DNA of 64,000 nt from the human T2T-CHM13v2.0 reference genome, Homo sapiens. Below the pieces are notes generated by a model. That model worked only from the letters and a program-made list of their open reading frames with translations, made no database searches and was not told where the DNA came from. Location: assembly GCF_009914755.1 (NCBI RefSeq), contig NC_060933.1; one strand, given 5' to 3'. Position numbers and translations under genes: made by a program. The first letter of the stretch is position 1. The number at the start of each line of letters is the position of its first letter. Shown piece after piece: positions 1 to 12,926 of this stretch.

Positions 1-39
1 CCAGCAAAAATAAAATACGCAAGTCTATTATAGTACTCA

Positions 40-1290
40 TTTCTATAATTGACCACAAGATCATAAATGATATCAATTGCTTCCTACTTCCACTAATTAC
101 TCTCCAATTCTTTACCCTCAGCCAGAGCCTCAGCTTGTCAGAGTTCTTTACTGATGTGGAATTTCATTTATAGAGAGTTTGAGTCCTCAACCACCCTTTT
201 TTTTGCATTGTATTTTTTGCATTAACATTCACTATTGAGCATCAAATACAGAGGCACATCAGAAAATTCACTGGGTTAGAGATATAGTCCAGGGGCAAAC
301 CAGTTTCTTTTTATCAATCAATATCAAATCAAGATCAATCTCTCTAGCTAATAGAGTAATTGTCTTATTTTGTGGGAGGGCAGGGGCTGTTGGTTAGGCA
401 GCATCAAGAGCCCAAGGTAACCAGGTGACTGTCTTGTCTTCCCATGCGGTAGAAACATTTTTATATCTTTGGGTGGAAGCATTTCCCCCGTGGGAACTAA
501 GACTTCTAAACCAGCAGAGTTCAAAGTTGCCAGGACAAAAAGCAAAAATTTTGTGAGTAGGTTATGCGGTGTAACAGTGGGATTTGTCCCTCTCCCTCCA
601 TATCTCAATTCCTGGAGCCATACAAAGTGGCCTCTGATTTAAACCATGTACTATATCCTGTAAATCCCATTCTTTTAGGGCATTTTTACTCAAGTGGCAC
701 CATAACTGAGTCTTCAGTAAGTCTTATATTTTGGCAAGCCCTTCACCTTTTAATTAGGTGAGCTGCTTCCAGGTGATGGGATAAGTTAATTTCATAGATG
801 TAAGTATATGGCTTCTCTTACTTTGCAAATAAATTATTTTATCATATGCTATGCTGTACAGAATGCCATGATGGTAGAGAAGGCATTGTTTGAATCAATA
901 GGTAGTAGTTCTGAAAAAAGCATTATGGCAAGGGAAGGCATTCCACTGAGGACCAATCTCTTTTCCCCTCACAATGAAATAGATCTACTATACTCATCAT
1001 TGTGCCACAGGGGCTGACTGGGGCCTCTGGGGTTTGTGCTATGTCTGTGGATTAATGTTGGTCACTGCTTTTGGCTGAGTTCCAATTAATCAGGTCAGCC
1101 TTGGTGAAGGTAAGTCCATGCATGGCTTCCATCCCTGTCATGATGGCCACTTTGTTCATGGACCCTTGTGGAAGCACTGGGTGGCTATTACAAGAGGCTG
1201 ACTGATATTTACCAGCATGTCATTTTATCCACTCGGTTATTAAAAGCTTCCTCTGCATTGACTGTCATTTGGTAGACATTCTTATGGAGT
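40..1290 (-). pseudogene. ERVL pol C-terminal remnant (RNaseH end, integrase, dUTPase)
   Basis: Recognisable HEQSGH zinc-finger start, SAGLEVLVP and GLL dUTPase motifs, and an IDxD motif near 330-340. Heavily disrupted. Confidence 0.7.
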
Positions 1291-1344
1291 ACAAATACAG
1301 ACCACAGTCTGTAAAAACTGTATTTTGTAATCCATTTTGTAAAA

Positions 1345-2830
1345 TCATAACTGTTTATTGGAGCAACTCAAGTCAGGTTTTTGACAACCAGAGCTAGAAT
1401 TTGTCCTGCTAAATGGATTCAGCAATACTCTAGTAGGCTGCCCATCTAGTTTCTCAATTATCCACTGCCAAATATGGCTAAGAAAGCCTGATTGCTGATG
1501 TGTTCCTGCTGTCCCTATGATAGATGTGCCACCTTGTCTTTGGTGATTAAGTACTGCTGCTTGGCCTCTGCTACTGTGGGTTCCCCTCAGCCCCACTGAA
1601 ATCAAGGAGCCCATAGTGACAGTCATACTTACCCTACAAAAGATAGCAGCGAGAGAACTTTTCAAGGATACAATTGCTCCCCCTACTAAGACATTTTTAA
1701 ATTCTGAAGGGAAGGGCATACTTTCTGGGCTCTCTCATGAAACACAGTTGGGGAGTAAATGTGCAGGCCACACATAACAAATCCAGTCCATCAATTCAAT
1801 TATCTCCGCAGTCTTTTGAGTTCTCTTCTCCACAACATTTCAGGGAAGCTCTGGAATCTCAATCTTATTAAATGTAGCCTACCATTGCATTGGAGTTTCG
1901 GTTAATCTGTTAAAGCTACCCACAACCGCAGAAGCTAAAACATAAATCTAAAGTCTCTAGTAAGCGCATCATATCAAAGAAATTCAGCCAAATTTAGTGT
2001 TATATTTTGTCATCTTTGTTCTAAGACCCTTAGCCATGTTCCCACACATTTTCTACAGATTTTTGCTGATATGTATTAGAAAAGTCCTGCAATCCCTTCA
2101 TAATGTAAGCTATCCTTTCCTGGGCTGTTGTGTGTTCACTGTCTCCTATAGCTTGGTGTTATCTCACCATAGCCATAGGTCTAGTAGCAACAGGAGGTGG
2201 TTGTAGTACGTCTTGAGAAGGTTATGGTGTCTTCCCCCGGTGAGGTTATCACAGGCTTTTCATGCAGAGGAAGGCTAGTTTCCTCAAATCTTGGAGAGCA
2301 AGCTACTTCCACTGATAAGAGAAGCACAGAATGACTATGTGGCCCAAATTACCACTTCTTGTTGTTGTTGTTGTTGTTGGTGTTGTTGTTGTTGTTTTTC
2401 TGAGCTCAGCCATATGTCCAAATTCCAAGATTCAGGATCTCATTATTTTCCAATCAGTATTCTAACGTTCACATGAGAAACCTGACAAGACTGTGAATTC
2501 AACTGTTACTGTAATTCAGCAACCTGTAAACTAAGTTTCATGTTTGGTTTTTAGCAATATTAGCTCTGAGGCTACAGAAAATTAGACAAATTTTAGGGCC
2601 ATTATGGAAGCTCTATAGTTCTCAAACTGTGAGTTAAGCTGAGTGCCAAGGCATCTAAAATTATCTTTTTCCTTCCTTAGGTACTCAGGTACAATCAAAA
2701 TTAGCCACATCACACCACAGTCTTTGAAGTTGTCATTATTATCATCATTGTCAACTGGACTCAAGCCACTTGAGCTCCCAAGGCACTCACTACAGTTCAC
2801 ATTTCATGGCAATCTACCACTGGTTATAAT
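1345..2830 (-). pseudogene. ERVL gag remnant (stops and frameshifts; contains a (TTG)n microsatellite at ~2360-2396)
   Basis: ORF fragments 1345-1719 and 2582-2800 resemble ERVL Gag and lie directly downstream of the LTR/PBS. Confidence 0.7.
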
Positions 2831-2997
2831 TTGATTGATTCTGATATCCCTGTATGCCATGAATTACCAGCATCCCATTTTCTATTGGCAAAGAGCTCAG
2901 CTTTGTGCTCAAGTCCAAGGGCAAAACCAAACCAATTTCAAAACCCCATCTGTGCATGTCTATAACCTGGGACCACTCTCCATCTTGATACCAATTC

Positions 2998-3881
2998 TGT
3001 ATCAGTCAGGGTGGCCAAACAAAAGGCTGAAATTGCAATTTGAAATTGCAGTTGTAATTTAACAGGGAAAGTTTAATATAAACAATTATTATCTATAGCA
3101 GGTGAGTAACTATACAGGACTAAAGAAAACTAAGGAATATCCTAGGCTGAGGGAGAGTACCCACGAGAAGAACAAATTTGGAAGGAGGGCCCCACTCCAA
3201 GTCTAGAGTTCAGATCTTGTTGGAGTAGATATGGTTGCAGCTGACTGGATGTTGAAGAATTTCATTGGTGTTCCTGGGCCAGAACTGGTTCACAATCACA
3301 GGGCAAGCAGGAAATGCTCTTCCAGGATACAGGTTGGCCAAGACTGGTGGGTAGTATGTAGATGGAGTTAGAGCATAGGGAGCTCACTTACCTGCAGGAT
3401 GGTGTGAAACCTGCGGTACAGTACACATTGTCTGTCTCATGAGGGCCATGAGAAACAATTTCCTGGAGTGTAGGTGGGCTGAGGAAGGGGAGCATTGGGT
3501 GTATCAGGAGCTCACTTATTGGCTGGGTAGCATGAAGCCTAGAGAACACGTGTTCACCTTGGAAAGGTCTTAGAAAGCAGACTACCAGGCTAGGGCTGAT
3601 ATTTCAAACTCACCTCAGGCACACAATTGGGCAGAGCACTCCTGGCTATCTCCATCAAACATGCTACTGCCTGCCACGCAGTGAGAAAAAAACACAAATG
3701 GAGCCAAAAAGAGGAGGAGTCCCATCCTTCTTCAGTGTCCCTCCACTGCCCTCTCCTGACAAAGCTTAACACCATGCTCATGGCAAAAGTAAAATGCTTA
3801 AAGGGTAAAGCTCCATTATTGCAAAGCAGGTAACAAAGGATGAATTTGGAGCTGAAAAGTAATAAATTAATGAATGGCACA
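2998..3881 (-). mobile_element. ERVL 5' LTR (LTR41/LTR52-like)
   Basis: TG...CA termini: the minus strand begins TGTGCCATTCATTAATTTATTACTTTTCAGCTCCAAATTCA and ends ..CTGACTGATACA, abutting the PBS. Confidence 0.75.
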
Positions 3882-4729
3882 GTTAGTCATATACTGTTGT
3901 ACTGAAAATAAGAAAAATAATTATAATTGTTTAGTTCAAGAGAATACCTAAAAACCTAGCACAAAAACATTAAACCCAGAATCCTCTCAAATTTTCAAAC
4001 TAAGCTATTTGCAAAACTCTGCTTGTAAAAAAATCAGCTGATGAAATAGACAGTCAGGCAAATTTCCTTTCTTCTTTGTTTGTTAGGGGAAAATTGTCTA
4101 CATTTCAAAATACTTGTAAAAGCCTTCTAATAACGTGTAGTGTTTTTTGCTTGTTTTTGTTTTGGGGTGTGACTGTATAAATCTGTGCATTTCATACACA
4201 GAAGAAAGAAGACTTGATCACTGACAAAGAAACCTTTGATTACATGCTAATTACCTGATTACCAGTGTGGTCTGCTCACTTGCTGACCTCTGTCACCCCA
4301 GGACACACATATCAATATAGCAATTGCCTTTCAAATTTGCGTTTATAATGATATACATTTCACAAACTGGTGGGAAATGGTAGTTCTATGACTAGCTGGT
4401 GAAGGAGATATTTTGGGGAAAGGAGAAAGCTTTCTCCCCTTCAGTCGACTCCTCTATTTTACTAATGGATAAGATGAAGTTGAGAGTCATATGGAATTGG
4501 GCTCTGACACAGGCTGGGGAGGGTGACTAGGCTGAGAGACCAATGCAGCTATTCCAGTTTTGTTCAAGACATTTCCCTTAGGAAATACACCATGATGCAC
4601 ATTTGGTCTTTATCAAATGCTTCTTAAACACTTTAAATGACTACAATTTTAAGAAATTTTTAGAAATAAGAAAAATATTATTGTGAAAAATAAGTTTATC
4701 ACAGATGCAAAAATGAATACCAACATATC

Positions 4730-4880
4730 AGTTATAAGTGCTATCACCTATATTGTATCCTTTAGTCCTGAACACCCCCCATTAATAGGAGTGTTATTAT
4801 TCCTATTTTAGACATGAGAAAACTGAGGTCCAGGCAGGTTAAATGACTTACTCAAGTTAGTAGGTGTAGAACTCAGTCAA
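4730..4880 (-). mobile_element. MIR SINE fragment
   Basis: MIR core-like cctattttagacatgagaaaactgagg...ggttaaatgactta. Confidence 0.6.
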
Positions 4881-4989
4881 AAAGCCAGGTTTACTTCCTT
4901 TGAGGCTAATATATTTTTTTGTTTTTTTTTCTTTTTTTGCCTCTTTTTGTTGTATTTTTGTTGGTGGTGGTGGTGGGGGGTGGGGATTC

Positions 4990-5107
4990 CTTTTTATTTC
5001 CAACTTTTATTTTAAGTTCTGGAGTACCATGTGCAGGATGTGCAGGTTTGTTATGTACATAAACATGTGCCATGGTGGTTTGCTGCACGGATCATCCCAT
5101 CACCTAG
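4990..5107 (-). mobile_element. Short 5'-truncated L1PA (older, ~L1PA10-like) 3' end
   Basis: ttttaagttctggagtaccatgtgcaggatgtgcaggtttgtta...ggtggtttgctgcac matches the L1PA 3'UTR on the minus strand. Confidence 0.75.
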
Positions 5108-6494
5108 TTTTTTTTTCCTCTTAATAACAATAAATCTTATTAAAATTTCATCAACTTAATAAAATCTTTTCAGAGTCTACACAGGGAAACTAAATCAATG
5201 ATGGAGGATACTGGAACAAATAAGACCTATGGTTGGAGAGGGGGTTATAGTTATTTAGGTAATTAATTGTTTGCCTATTTTACCCAACTTACTGTAACAA
5301 CTCTGTTTCTTTCTCTCTTTTTTTGGCTGGAAAAATCTAAGTACATAATGCCCAAAAATACAATTTCTCTCACAATATTTATGGCCTCTTTCCTTCTGTG
5401 TAGTTTTACAGTTGTAACAGGGTCAGCTTCAATTTGCCATATGGAAACTTAATTGAAAATGAGTGGATAATTCAGTCCACTAAAAGGTCAATCCTGTAAG
5501 GAGAGAAAAATAGGTCAACTTAATAATTTAGCAGCATATAAGATTTATTGCCTTTCTTATTTTCAACACATTTATACTAGGCTTTCATGAGTACTGGCTG
5601 TGACTTTGAGAACTGCAAAAATCTTGCTTTTCAACTATTCTACAGAGTAAACTGCTGAAGAGCTCTGAGGCTATCTGCTTTTCTTCTAGGAAAATGTTAA
5701 TTAAATTGATGGTATCATTAAGAATAATATTAGTTGAAAAAGGCATTATTATGCATGACCCTAATATATTTAAGAAGTATTAATGAAGACTAGTGTTTTT
5801 GTGAGTTTCCTCCCTACTTTGGTTGTATAATATTGATTTAGAAAAAATCTTACACATTATCAACACCTGTGATTTACAACTTTTAAAGAAATGTTTTTCC
5901 AGCAATAGATACCTTAAAAGCAAAAATTGGAGGCCTGGTGCCTTGAATGCCCCCTCCATACCCTCTTCAGCCCCTCAAACAATCGCTAAGGAGTTCTTAC
6001 ACACACACACCACACGCATACCTCCAAACAGTCCCCAGGCTTCAAGAAACAGCTCTAAAATCATGAAGTGGTTCAGACGAGGAAAAGTACAGGGATGTGA
6101 AAGCCTGAAAATCAGTTTTATTGACTGGCAGAAAGGAGCACGGGGCATAGATTGAACGCCTAAACTGCCATTCCTTGGACTACACTGCACTGACTCCATC
6201 AAAGTGTACTATTTAGGGCCACGAAGTTACTTTAATATTTTCAAAAGTATCTCACTTTAAGAAAACATTGCAGAATCACCTTGCCTGAAGAATGAAACAT
6301 GTTAATTAGATGCCCATCTGCTCAGGGCCAGAAAATAGCTATCAGCTCTTCAAAACTTTCTTCCTCCCCTGTGTCAACAACCTTCTCCATCTCACCTGCT
6401 TTTATGTAGATGCAATTTAGATGAGGCTTCAAAGTAATTCTTCACTGAAGAATCTTATTATTTTGATTGGGAGATGGGTCAACCAGACTTATAA

Positions 6495-7410
6495 CTCATT
6501 TTTAACAGTCAACTTATTAAAGATAATGTGCTGACAATAAGTCACATTCATTTAAGGTAGAAGACTTGATGAGTTGTGACGGTTTAAACCACCACCATTG
6601 TCATGAGGCAGAGCACTTCTATCATCCCCAAAAGACTCCTGGGGCTTCTTTGTACTTCATTCTTCCATTTGTTCACAGTCCCAGACAATCCTTGGTCTGC
6701 TCTTTGTCACTACAGATCAGTTTGCGTGTTCTAGAATTTCATACACTCTGAAGTCTTTTATGTCTAGTTTTTTTTTTTTTTAATCCATGTTGACAGTTGT
6801 TAGTTCTGCTTTTCCCACAGAGAAGTATTTCATTGTTGTATGGATATACCACATCTGGTTTATCAATTCAATTGTTAATGGGCATTTGGCTTGCTTATAG
6901 TTTGGGGTCATTACTAATAAAGCTGCCTAAACATTCATGTACAAGTGTTTGTCTGAACAAGTGTTTCATTACTCTCCTGTAAATATCTAGGAATAGAATG
7001 ACTGGGTTGTATGGTAGATGTATGCTTATCACATTTAAAAAAAACTCTCAAATGTTTTCTATGTTTGTATTCTCATCAATGGTATATGAGCATCCTAAAT
7101 TTTTGCCAGAGCTTGGAAGTGGTATATGAGCATTGTAAATTTTTGCCAGAGCTTGGTATTGTCAGTCTTTTTAATTTTAACAAGCCTAACGTGTATCAGT
7201 TTCTTTGATGGTTTTAGTCATAATTTCCTCAATTACTAATGATGTTAAGCATCTTCATGCATTTGCTGGTTATTTATACCTCTTGTTTTTTGGTGTGTCT
7301 GTTCAATCTTTAATTGAGTCGGATGTCTTCTTATCAGGTTGTAAGAGTCCTTTATAAACTTATGAAACAACTTCCTATTTTAGGTATATATTTTGTGAAT
7401 CTTTTCTCTC
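6495..7410 (-). mobile_element. Old L1M (L1MB/MC-type) 3' fragment
   Basis: L1M 3'UTR/ORF2-end motifs (gtatggatataccaca..tttatcaattca..ttaatgggcatttgg; actaatgatgttaagcatcttcatg). Confidence 0.75.
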
Positions 7411-7699
7411 TCAGAGTCCTCGCCATTTACACCATGGAACCACTGATGGTTCTTATAACACATTTTGGAGAGAGACTATGTTGATGGCAAAGTAAAAAAA
7501 GTTAACAGTACATTATTCCAAAATTAAATTTCAAAAGATGCATTATTCATTTATTAGGAGTGATTGTCTTCTCCTCAGCCCAGGCTGTAAACCATGTACT
7601 TCACAGCCTTATTCTTTTTATCTGAAAAGCAGTACATTAAAGTTAATGTACTGGGCTTTTCTTGACATGAATATCCCTGCTGTTTTAGTATCTAGTTTA

Positions 7700-7751
7700 A
7701 CACACACACTTATGTACATACACACACACACGCACACACACATACACACAC
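7700..7751. repeat. (CA)n microsatellite
   Basis: Interrupted CA run, seen directly. Confidence 0.85.
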
Positions 7752-9257
7752 AATGCAATTAAATGAACCCAAAGCCATAATTGCTTGTTAAGTATTTGTC
7801 TTCTTCTATAAATCGATCTTTTTTCAGATGTGGAAATACCTGCTTAATAATAGTCATGTCATTAGCCCACAAAACAGCCCTGAACATTTATTAGAAAAAC
7901 AAAGTAGAGTCAGCTCATCCCCAGCTTGAGATGCTGAGCATCCAGTTGAACCCAGAAGAGATTTTACAACCAACCTGATACAGCCCTGAAAATGCAGTTT
8001 TCCACTGGTAATGCTGAGAAACCGTTGAGTATAGAACCAGGCACTGCGGTGATAAACATCTGACATTTTCATTTGCAAGTATTCATGTTTCATCTTAGAT
8101 AATGTTCCCTCTATTTACTTCTTCAGCAGCAATGCATCAAATATCCTACAGTGTAATCCTTCTCTCAGCACTTATCAATGAACTATGAAATAGTATTAAA
8201 TAGAATTAATTAGAAGTTTTAATGAATCATGTCTGTCCTCATTTATTATACAATGTAATTTTCAAGGAGTGATTAATTACAAGTTACAGATGAGTGAATG
8301 GTTAATGTAGTTTGTTAACCTTACTAAGAAGCGACTGTACACAGCAAGCTGCTTCTCCTCTGTTTATTAGCACGTGGTTATGTACCACCATCAGTTTAAG
8401 TGAATGAAAAGGTTTTAGTAACTTTCCAATTAATGTGCACTGTAAGCTAATAATTTACTCCCTGATTTTCTTTCCTGTGCATCATGTGAACACTGTTGGG
8501 ATTCAAAGGTAGAATTTCGCCATTTTCATTTTGGTGTGTTTCTATATAGCTATTATTTTGCAGCTATGATGTCCACCTGCGCTGCAGTTATTTTAAGTAG
8601 ATCCCATTTAATACAAGGTGGCTTGTTTGAAATGAATCTCCCTGCATATTTCCTTGAAGAATATACCAATTTACCATATCATTACTGTCATTATCTAAAA
8701 AGTGGCAGCTGGCTGCCCTTCATTTTCAGTTTTCTTACATGTACCTTTCAGAAGCCAAATAATGCCCATGCTGACAAAATCTAGTGGCCAAATGCAAAAT
8801 AATTCTGTGGACAGAAAGTTGAGATGGGAGTATGGGAGTTCCAAAAGCATTTTTGCCTCACCAACAGACACACAAAAGACCATGGAATCCTTGGGGATGA
8901 GTCGCCATCTTAGAATATCTTAGTCTCTGCTGCCGCCATATACAACCAATTACTATCGTTCTTGGAGGTGCACATTTTTGCTGTTCAAAGCAGAAACTAA
9001 GTTTTCTGAAGCTAGGGGAGTTAGATAGCTCTTTGGAGGTCCAGCTAACCTTAGAAAAAATAACCATACTTATATTGTATGATACATAGCAATTTTTAAG
9101 TTTTTACAGTTATTATCTCACTAAATCTGTTTAAAACTCCTGTGAGTGAAGGAACTATTATTATAAGATGGTATCTGACTTATTCAGGCTCCACTGGCAG
9201 TGAATGGATAGACAAGCAAAATATCCATTAATTCAACAAATATTTATTGGGTACAGC

Positions 9258-9611
9258 TGCGGTCTGACTGTTTGTGTTCCCCTACCCCAAATTCATGTTA
9301 AAACTTAATCAAGGTGATGATATTAAAAAAATTGGGGCCTTTGGGAGGTGATTAGGCCATAAAGGCGGAGGGAGAAATTTGTGCTTTTATTTAAAAAACC
9401 CCAGAGAACCAGCCAGTCCTTTCAACTATTTGAGGACACAGTGAGAAGGTGCCATCTGTGAAGCAGAAAGAGATCTCTCACCAACAGTGAATATGCTGTT
9501 GCTTTGATCTTGGACTTCCCAACCTCCAGAAGGGTAAGAAATATATTTCCATTGTCTATAAGTTACCCAGTCTAAGGTATTTTGTTATAGCAGTTCAAAT
9601 GAACTAAGACA
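9258..9611 (+). mobile_element. MLT1A-type MaLR solo LTR
   Basis: ggggcctttgggaggtgattagg, cttggacttcccaacctccaga, terminal ttgttatagcag..aactaagaca. Confidence 0.8.
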
Positions 9612-9666
9612 AGCAGCTAATATGAGGCATCTGCTATTTTGCAGGGAAGTGAGGTTATAGTCTGGA

Positions 9667-10005
9667 TATATTAGTCCATTTTTATGTTGCTGATACCTGA
9701 GACTGGGCAGTTTATTGCCCAGAAAGAGGTTTATTGGACTCACAGTTCCATGTGCCTGGGGAGACCTCACAATCACAGTGGAAAGTGAAAGGCATGTCTT
9801 ACATGGCAGCATACAAGAAAAGAGAGCTTGTGCAGGGAAACTTCTCTTTTTAAAACCATCAGATCTTGTGAGACTTATTCACTATCATGAGAACAACATG
9901 GGAAAGACTCACCCCCATGATTCAATTACCTCCCACTAGGTCCCTCCCACAACACGTGGGAATTCAAGATGAGATTTTGGGTGGGGACACAGCCAAACCA
10001 CATCA
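9667..10005 (-). mobile_element. THE1 (THE1B/C/D) solo LTR
   Basis: tatattagtcc...aaaccatcagatcttgtgagacttattcactatcatgagaaca...ggggacacagccaaaccacatca. 5-bp TSD ctgga/ccgga. Confidence 0.9.
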
Positions 10006-11636
10006 CCGGATGAGACAAAGTCCTTTCCATCATGACCCTTAGATACCAGTAGGGGAAATAATAAATAAATAGAGACAGCGATAAGTCCTGTAAAGACAAT
10101 AAAAAAGAAAGAGCCTAGAGAGAAACTGGAGATGAGGGAAGTTATTTTAGACAAGATGGTCAGAGAAAGCATCTTTGCTGTTTTTGACAAAGAGAAAGAG
10201 AAGAGATGTCATATTGTATCAACTGACTGATGAAAAGCAGTCAGTTATGTAAAGAGGACATTCTAGGCAGAGAGCACAGCAAAAAATGCAAAGGTCATAG
10301 CCTTTGGTGTGTTTGAGGAAGTGCAAGAGACTGTTATAGCTGGAGAGAAATGAAGTTGAAGAGATAGCCAAGGACGAGATTGTGTAGTTCCTTCAGAGGT
10401 CCTGGAAAAGGCTTTTAATTTAAATTCAAGAGATAATGGATGCTGACAGGGCTTTTCCAATCCAATTCTACCCAGAACTTTTAGGACATGAGAAGTAGAA
10501 GATAATGTGCTAGAATATCAAGTAGTATTTTAGTTCTCATTTCTCATTATAAGGAAGAAAAGCAAAAAAAAAAAAAAAAGTTTCCCCTAGAGCCTAGAAT
10601 TTGAAGCTATTAATATAAAAGTATACTTATAATGTCCTGTCTTCCTTAGGGGACTCATCTTTCAGACAAGCAATGCTCTTTGAAGTCAAGGGCTATGTCT
10701 TATGTACTTTTTGTTCTGTACTGCACACAAATCAATGTCTTAGGTTTCCAATCAGTGCTTTGTGAAGTGAACTGAATAGCCTGATATCTACTGCTCTGTC
10801 CAACTCAAGTCTGCAAAATCCTGATAGGAGATGTCATGGTATTTGAAATTGCTGTAACAGAACAGAAGGACCCAGAAAGAAGCCCTCACAAGCACTTGGC
10901 TTGACAGTGCATGTGCTATAGATCCAGGCATCCAATTTGTCCGTAGTGGGGTATTGCTAATCCCTGAAGCAAGTGTGTAATAATGCAGTTATTTTGCATG
11001 CATTCTCTTTGTTTAAATCTACATTTTCCCTCCTGCTTCTCCAAGTAAAACTATAAGGGGTCAGTTATGTTAATCCTCTAAGGAATGCTAAAGAAAATCC
11101 TTTTCTACTTCTCTAATCAGACTCTGAGAGGTGACAAACTCAGATTAGTAAGCAACATCATTTTTTGATACAGGAGTTGAATTTTACCCAGGAATCTCAA
11201 CTATAAGCTCCTAAGAGAGAAACTTTTTTTATTAAGGATTTTTTTAATGATCCATGTCAAAGTGCATGCCTGTGTAATCATAAAAGCAAATTTGCTCTAG
11301 AATGCTGCATGAAGTAATGGTGTCATCTGAAATGCTAATGAATCTTTGCTGACTCCACCATGGCCCGATTTGACAGGAAGGTGGGAGTCCCAGTGAATGA
11401 GTCACTGCAAATACAGAAGCACAAATGGTAACAGTTATTTATTGTTCATATGACTTAGCACATTAAAAAATTTTGTAAATCCTTGTTATATATATCACTT
11501 GTAAATTCATAGACTGAGAAGAGAAAAAGAAAATTGTCCACAAGATGTTAGAGCTGGGATAATTTTTCTGTTTTTCAGTCTTTATAATATGTTAGTCTGT
11601 ATGTCCAGTATGACCGTCCTAACCATATGTAGCTAA

Positions 11637-12045
11637 TGTCCATTTTGTGTTGCTATAAAGGAATACCTGAGGCTGGGTAATATATTTTAAAAAGAGGCTT
11701 ATTTGGATCACAGGTCTGCAGGCTGTACAAGCATGGTGCCAGTATCTGCTGGGCTTCTGTTTAGGGCCTCATGAAGCTTTTACTGGTGGCAGAAGGAACG
11801 AAGAGCCAGCTTGTCACATGGTGAGAGGGGGAGTGAGAAAGGGGAGGAGGTGCCAAGCTCTTTTTAGCAATCAGTTCTCTCAGAAACAATAGAGTGAGAA
11901 TTCACACATTACTGTGGGAGGGTACAAAACCATTCATGAGAAATCCACCCCCATGACCCAAACACCTCCCATTAGGCCTCACCACCAACATTGGGGATCA
12001 CATTTCAACATGAGATTTGGAGGGACAAGTATCCAACCCATATCA
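11637..12045 (-). mobile_element. MSTB-type MaLR solo LTR
   Basis: gttgctataaaggaatacctgaggctgggtaa...catttcaacatgagatttggagggaca..catatca. Perfect 5-bp TSD gctaa (11632-11636, 12046-12050). Confidence 0.88.
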
Positions 12046-12200
12046 GCTAATGAGCACTTGACTGTGGCTAGTCGAATGGAGAAATGGAATTTTAATTGTA
12101 TTTAATTTCATTAATTTAAATATAACAACAAATGCCCAGTTTCATGATTGTAAAACTGTAGGTATGTTTGGAACAGCTTGGTTATGTGAATCTACTTTTT

Positions 12201-12574
12201 TCCACCATTCAATGGACACTTATTGAGACCTATTTTGTGTCTGACTACTAAGCCTTCCAGTTACTAATTCAAGCAAGATTTAATCTCTGCCTTGGAATTG
12301 CTTAAAGCCTAGGAGGAAGACAGAGAGATAAACAAATAATTACACATAGATTAAGCGCGGTTTATGAACACAGGCTATGAAACAAGATTCTGGACTTGGC
12401 TTTGAGGAGTTTACACAGTAGATGACAAGACTTAAAGAAAGAATCTTCAAAATCAAAACATATTATGCAAACTCTAGACCATATGCTGCATTATCAAACA
12501 TTATTAAGTTTCTCAGAAGTTATAATGTTACAATGGAAGTTTGAGGAGAAAATTCACTGGTCAGTTCATAATTT
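12201..12574 (-). other. L2-containing segment inside the L1MC TSD (probable ancient 3' transduction)
   Basis: Begins with an L2 3'-end-like cattcaat..cttattgagacctattttgtgtc. Lies between the left TSD copy and the L1MC 3' end. Confidence 0.55.
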
Positions 12575-12926
12575 AATTTTTTAATAGACCTTATATTTTA
12601 GAACAGTTTTTAGGTTCACAGCAAAATTGAGTAGAAAGTACAAGAATTCACCCTCTGCCTCCACTCCCCTGTGGTGGAATGGTACATTTGTTACAACTGA
12701 TGAGCCTACACTGACATATCAATCAAAGTTCATGGTTTACATTAATGTTCATTCTTGCTGTTGAACATTCTATGGGTTTGGACAAATGTATAATGACACA
12801 TATTCACCATTACAGTATCATGGTATAGTTAAATACATAGAATCATTTCTCTGCCCTAAAATCCTCTGGGCTTTGCCTATTCATCCCTCTGTTCCCCCAA
12901 TCTTTGGTCTTTTTACTTTCTCCATA
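12575..12926 (-). mobile_element. L1MC1/2-like 3' end
   Basis: ttttagaacagtttttaggttcacagcaaaattgag..ggtacatttgttacaactgatgagcctacactgaca..ttctatgggtttggacaaatgtataatgaca. Confidence 0.8.

Larger units (their letters stand above)
1..2997 (-). mobile_element. ERVL-class endogenous retrovirus internal region (degenerate gag, RNaseH/integrase and dUTPase remnants); continues past the left edge
   Basis: Minus ORF 1345-1719 (SLKSSLAAIFC..SRGQAAVLNHQRQGG) resembles ERVL Gag. Around 1140-1260 the minus strand reads VHEQSGH and AEEAFNNRVDKMT-like RNaseH/IN motifs. ORF 348-608 (SAGLEVLVPTGEMLPP..PGYLGLL) resembles ERVL dUTPase. The PBS/LTR junction reads ttgataccaattc|tgtatcagtcaggg at 2997/2998. Confidence 0.85.
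9225..10460 (-). mobile_element. L2 LINE fragment interrupted by MLT1A and THE1 LTRs
   Basis: L2 3' end (cattaattcaacaaatatttattg) at 9225. It resumes after 10010 with gacaaagtcct..gatggtcagagaaagc..aaatgcaaagg..tgtttgaggaa. Confidence 0.6.

Noticed and set aside
2291-2476. Cysteine-rich peptide
   Set aside because: The poly-Cys comes from a (TTG)n microsatellite.
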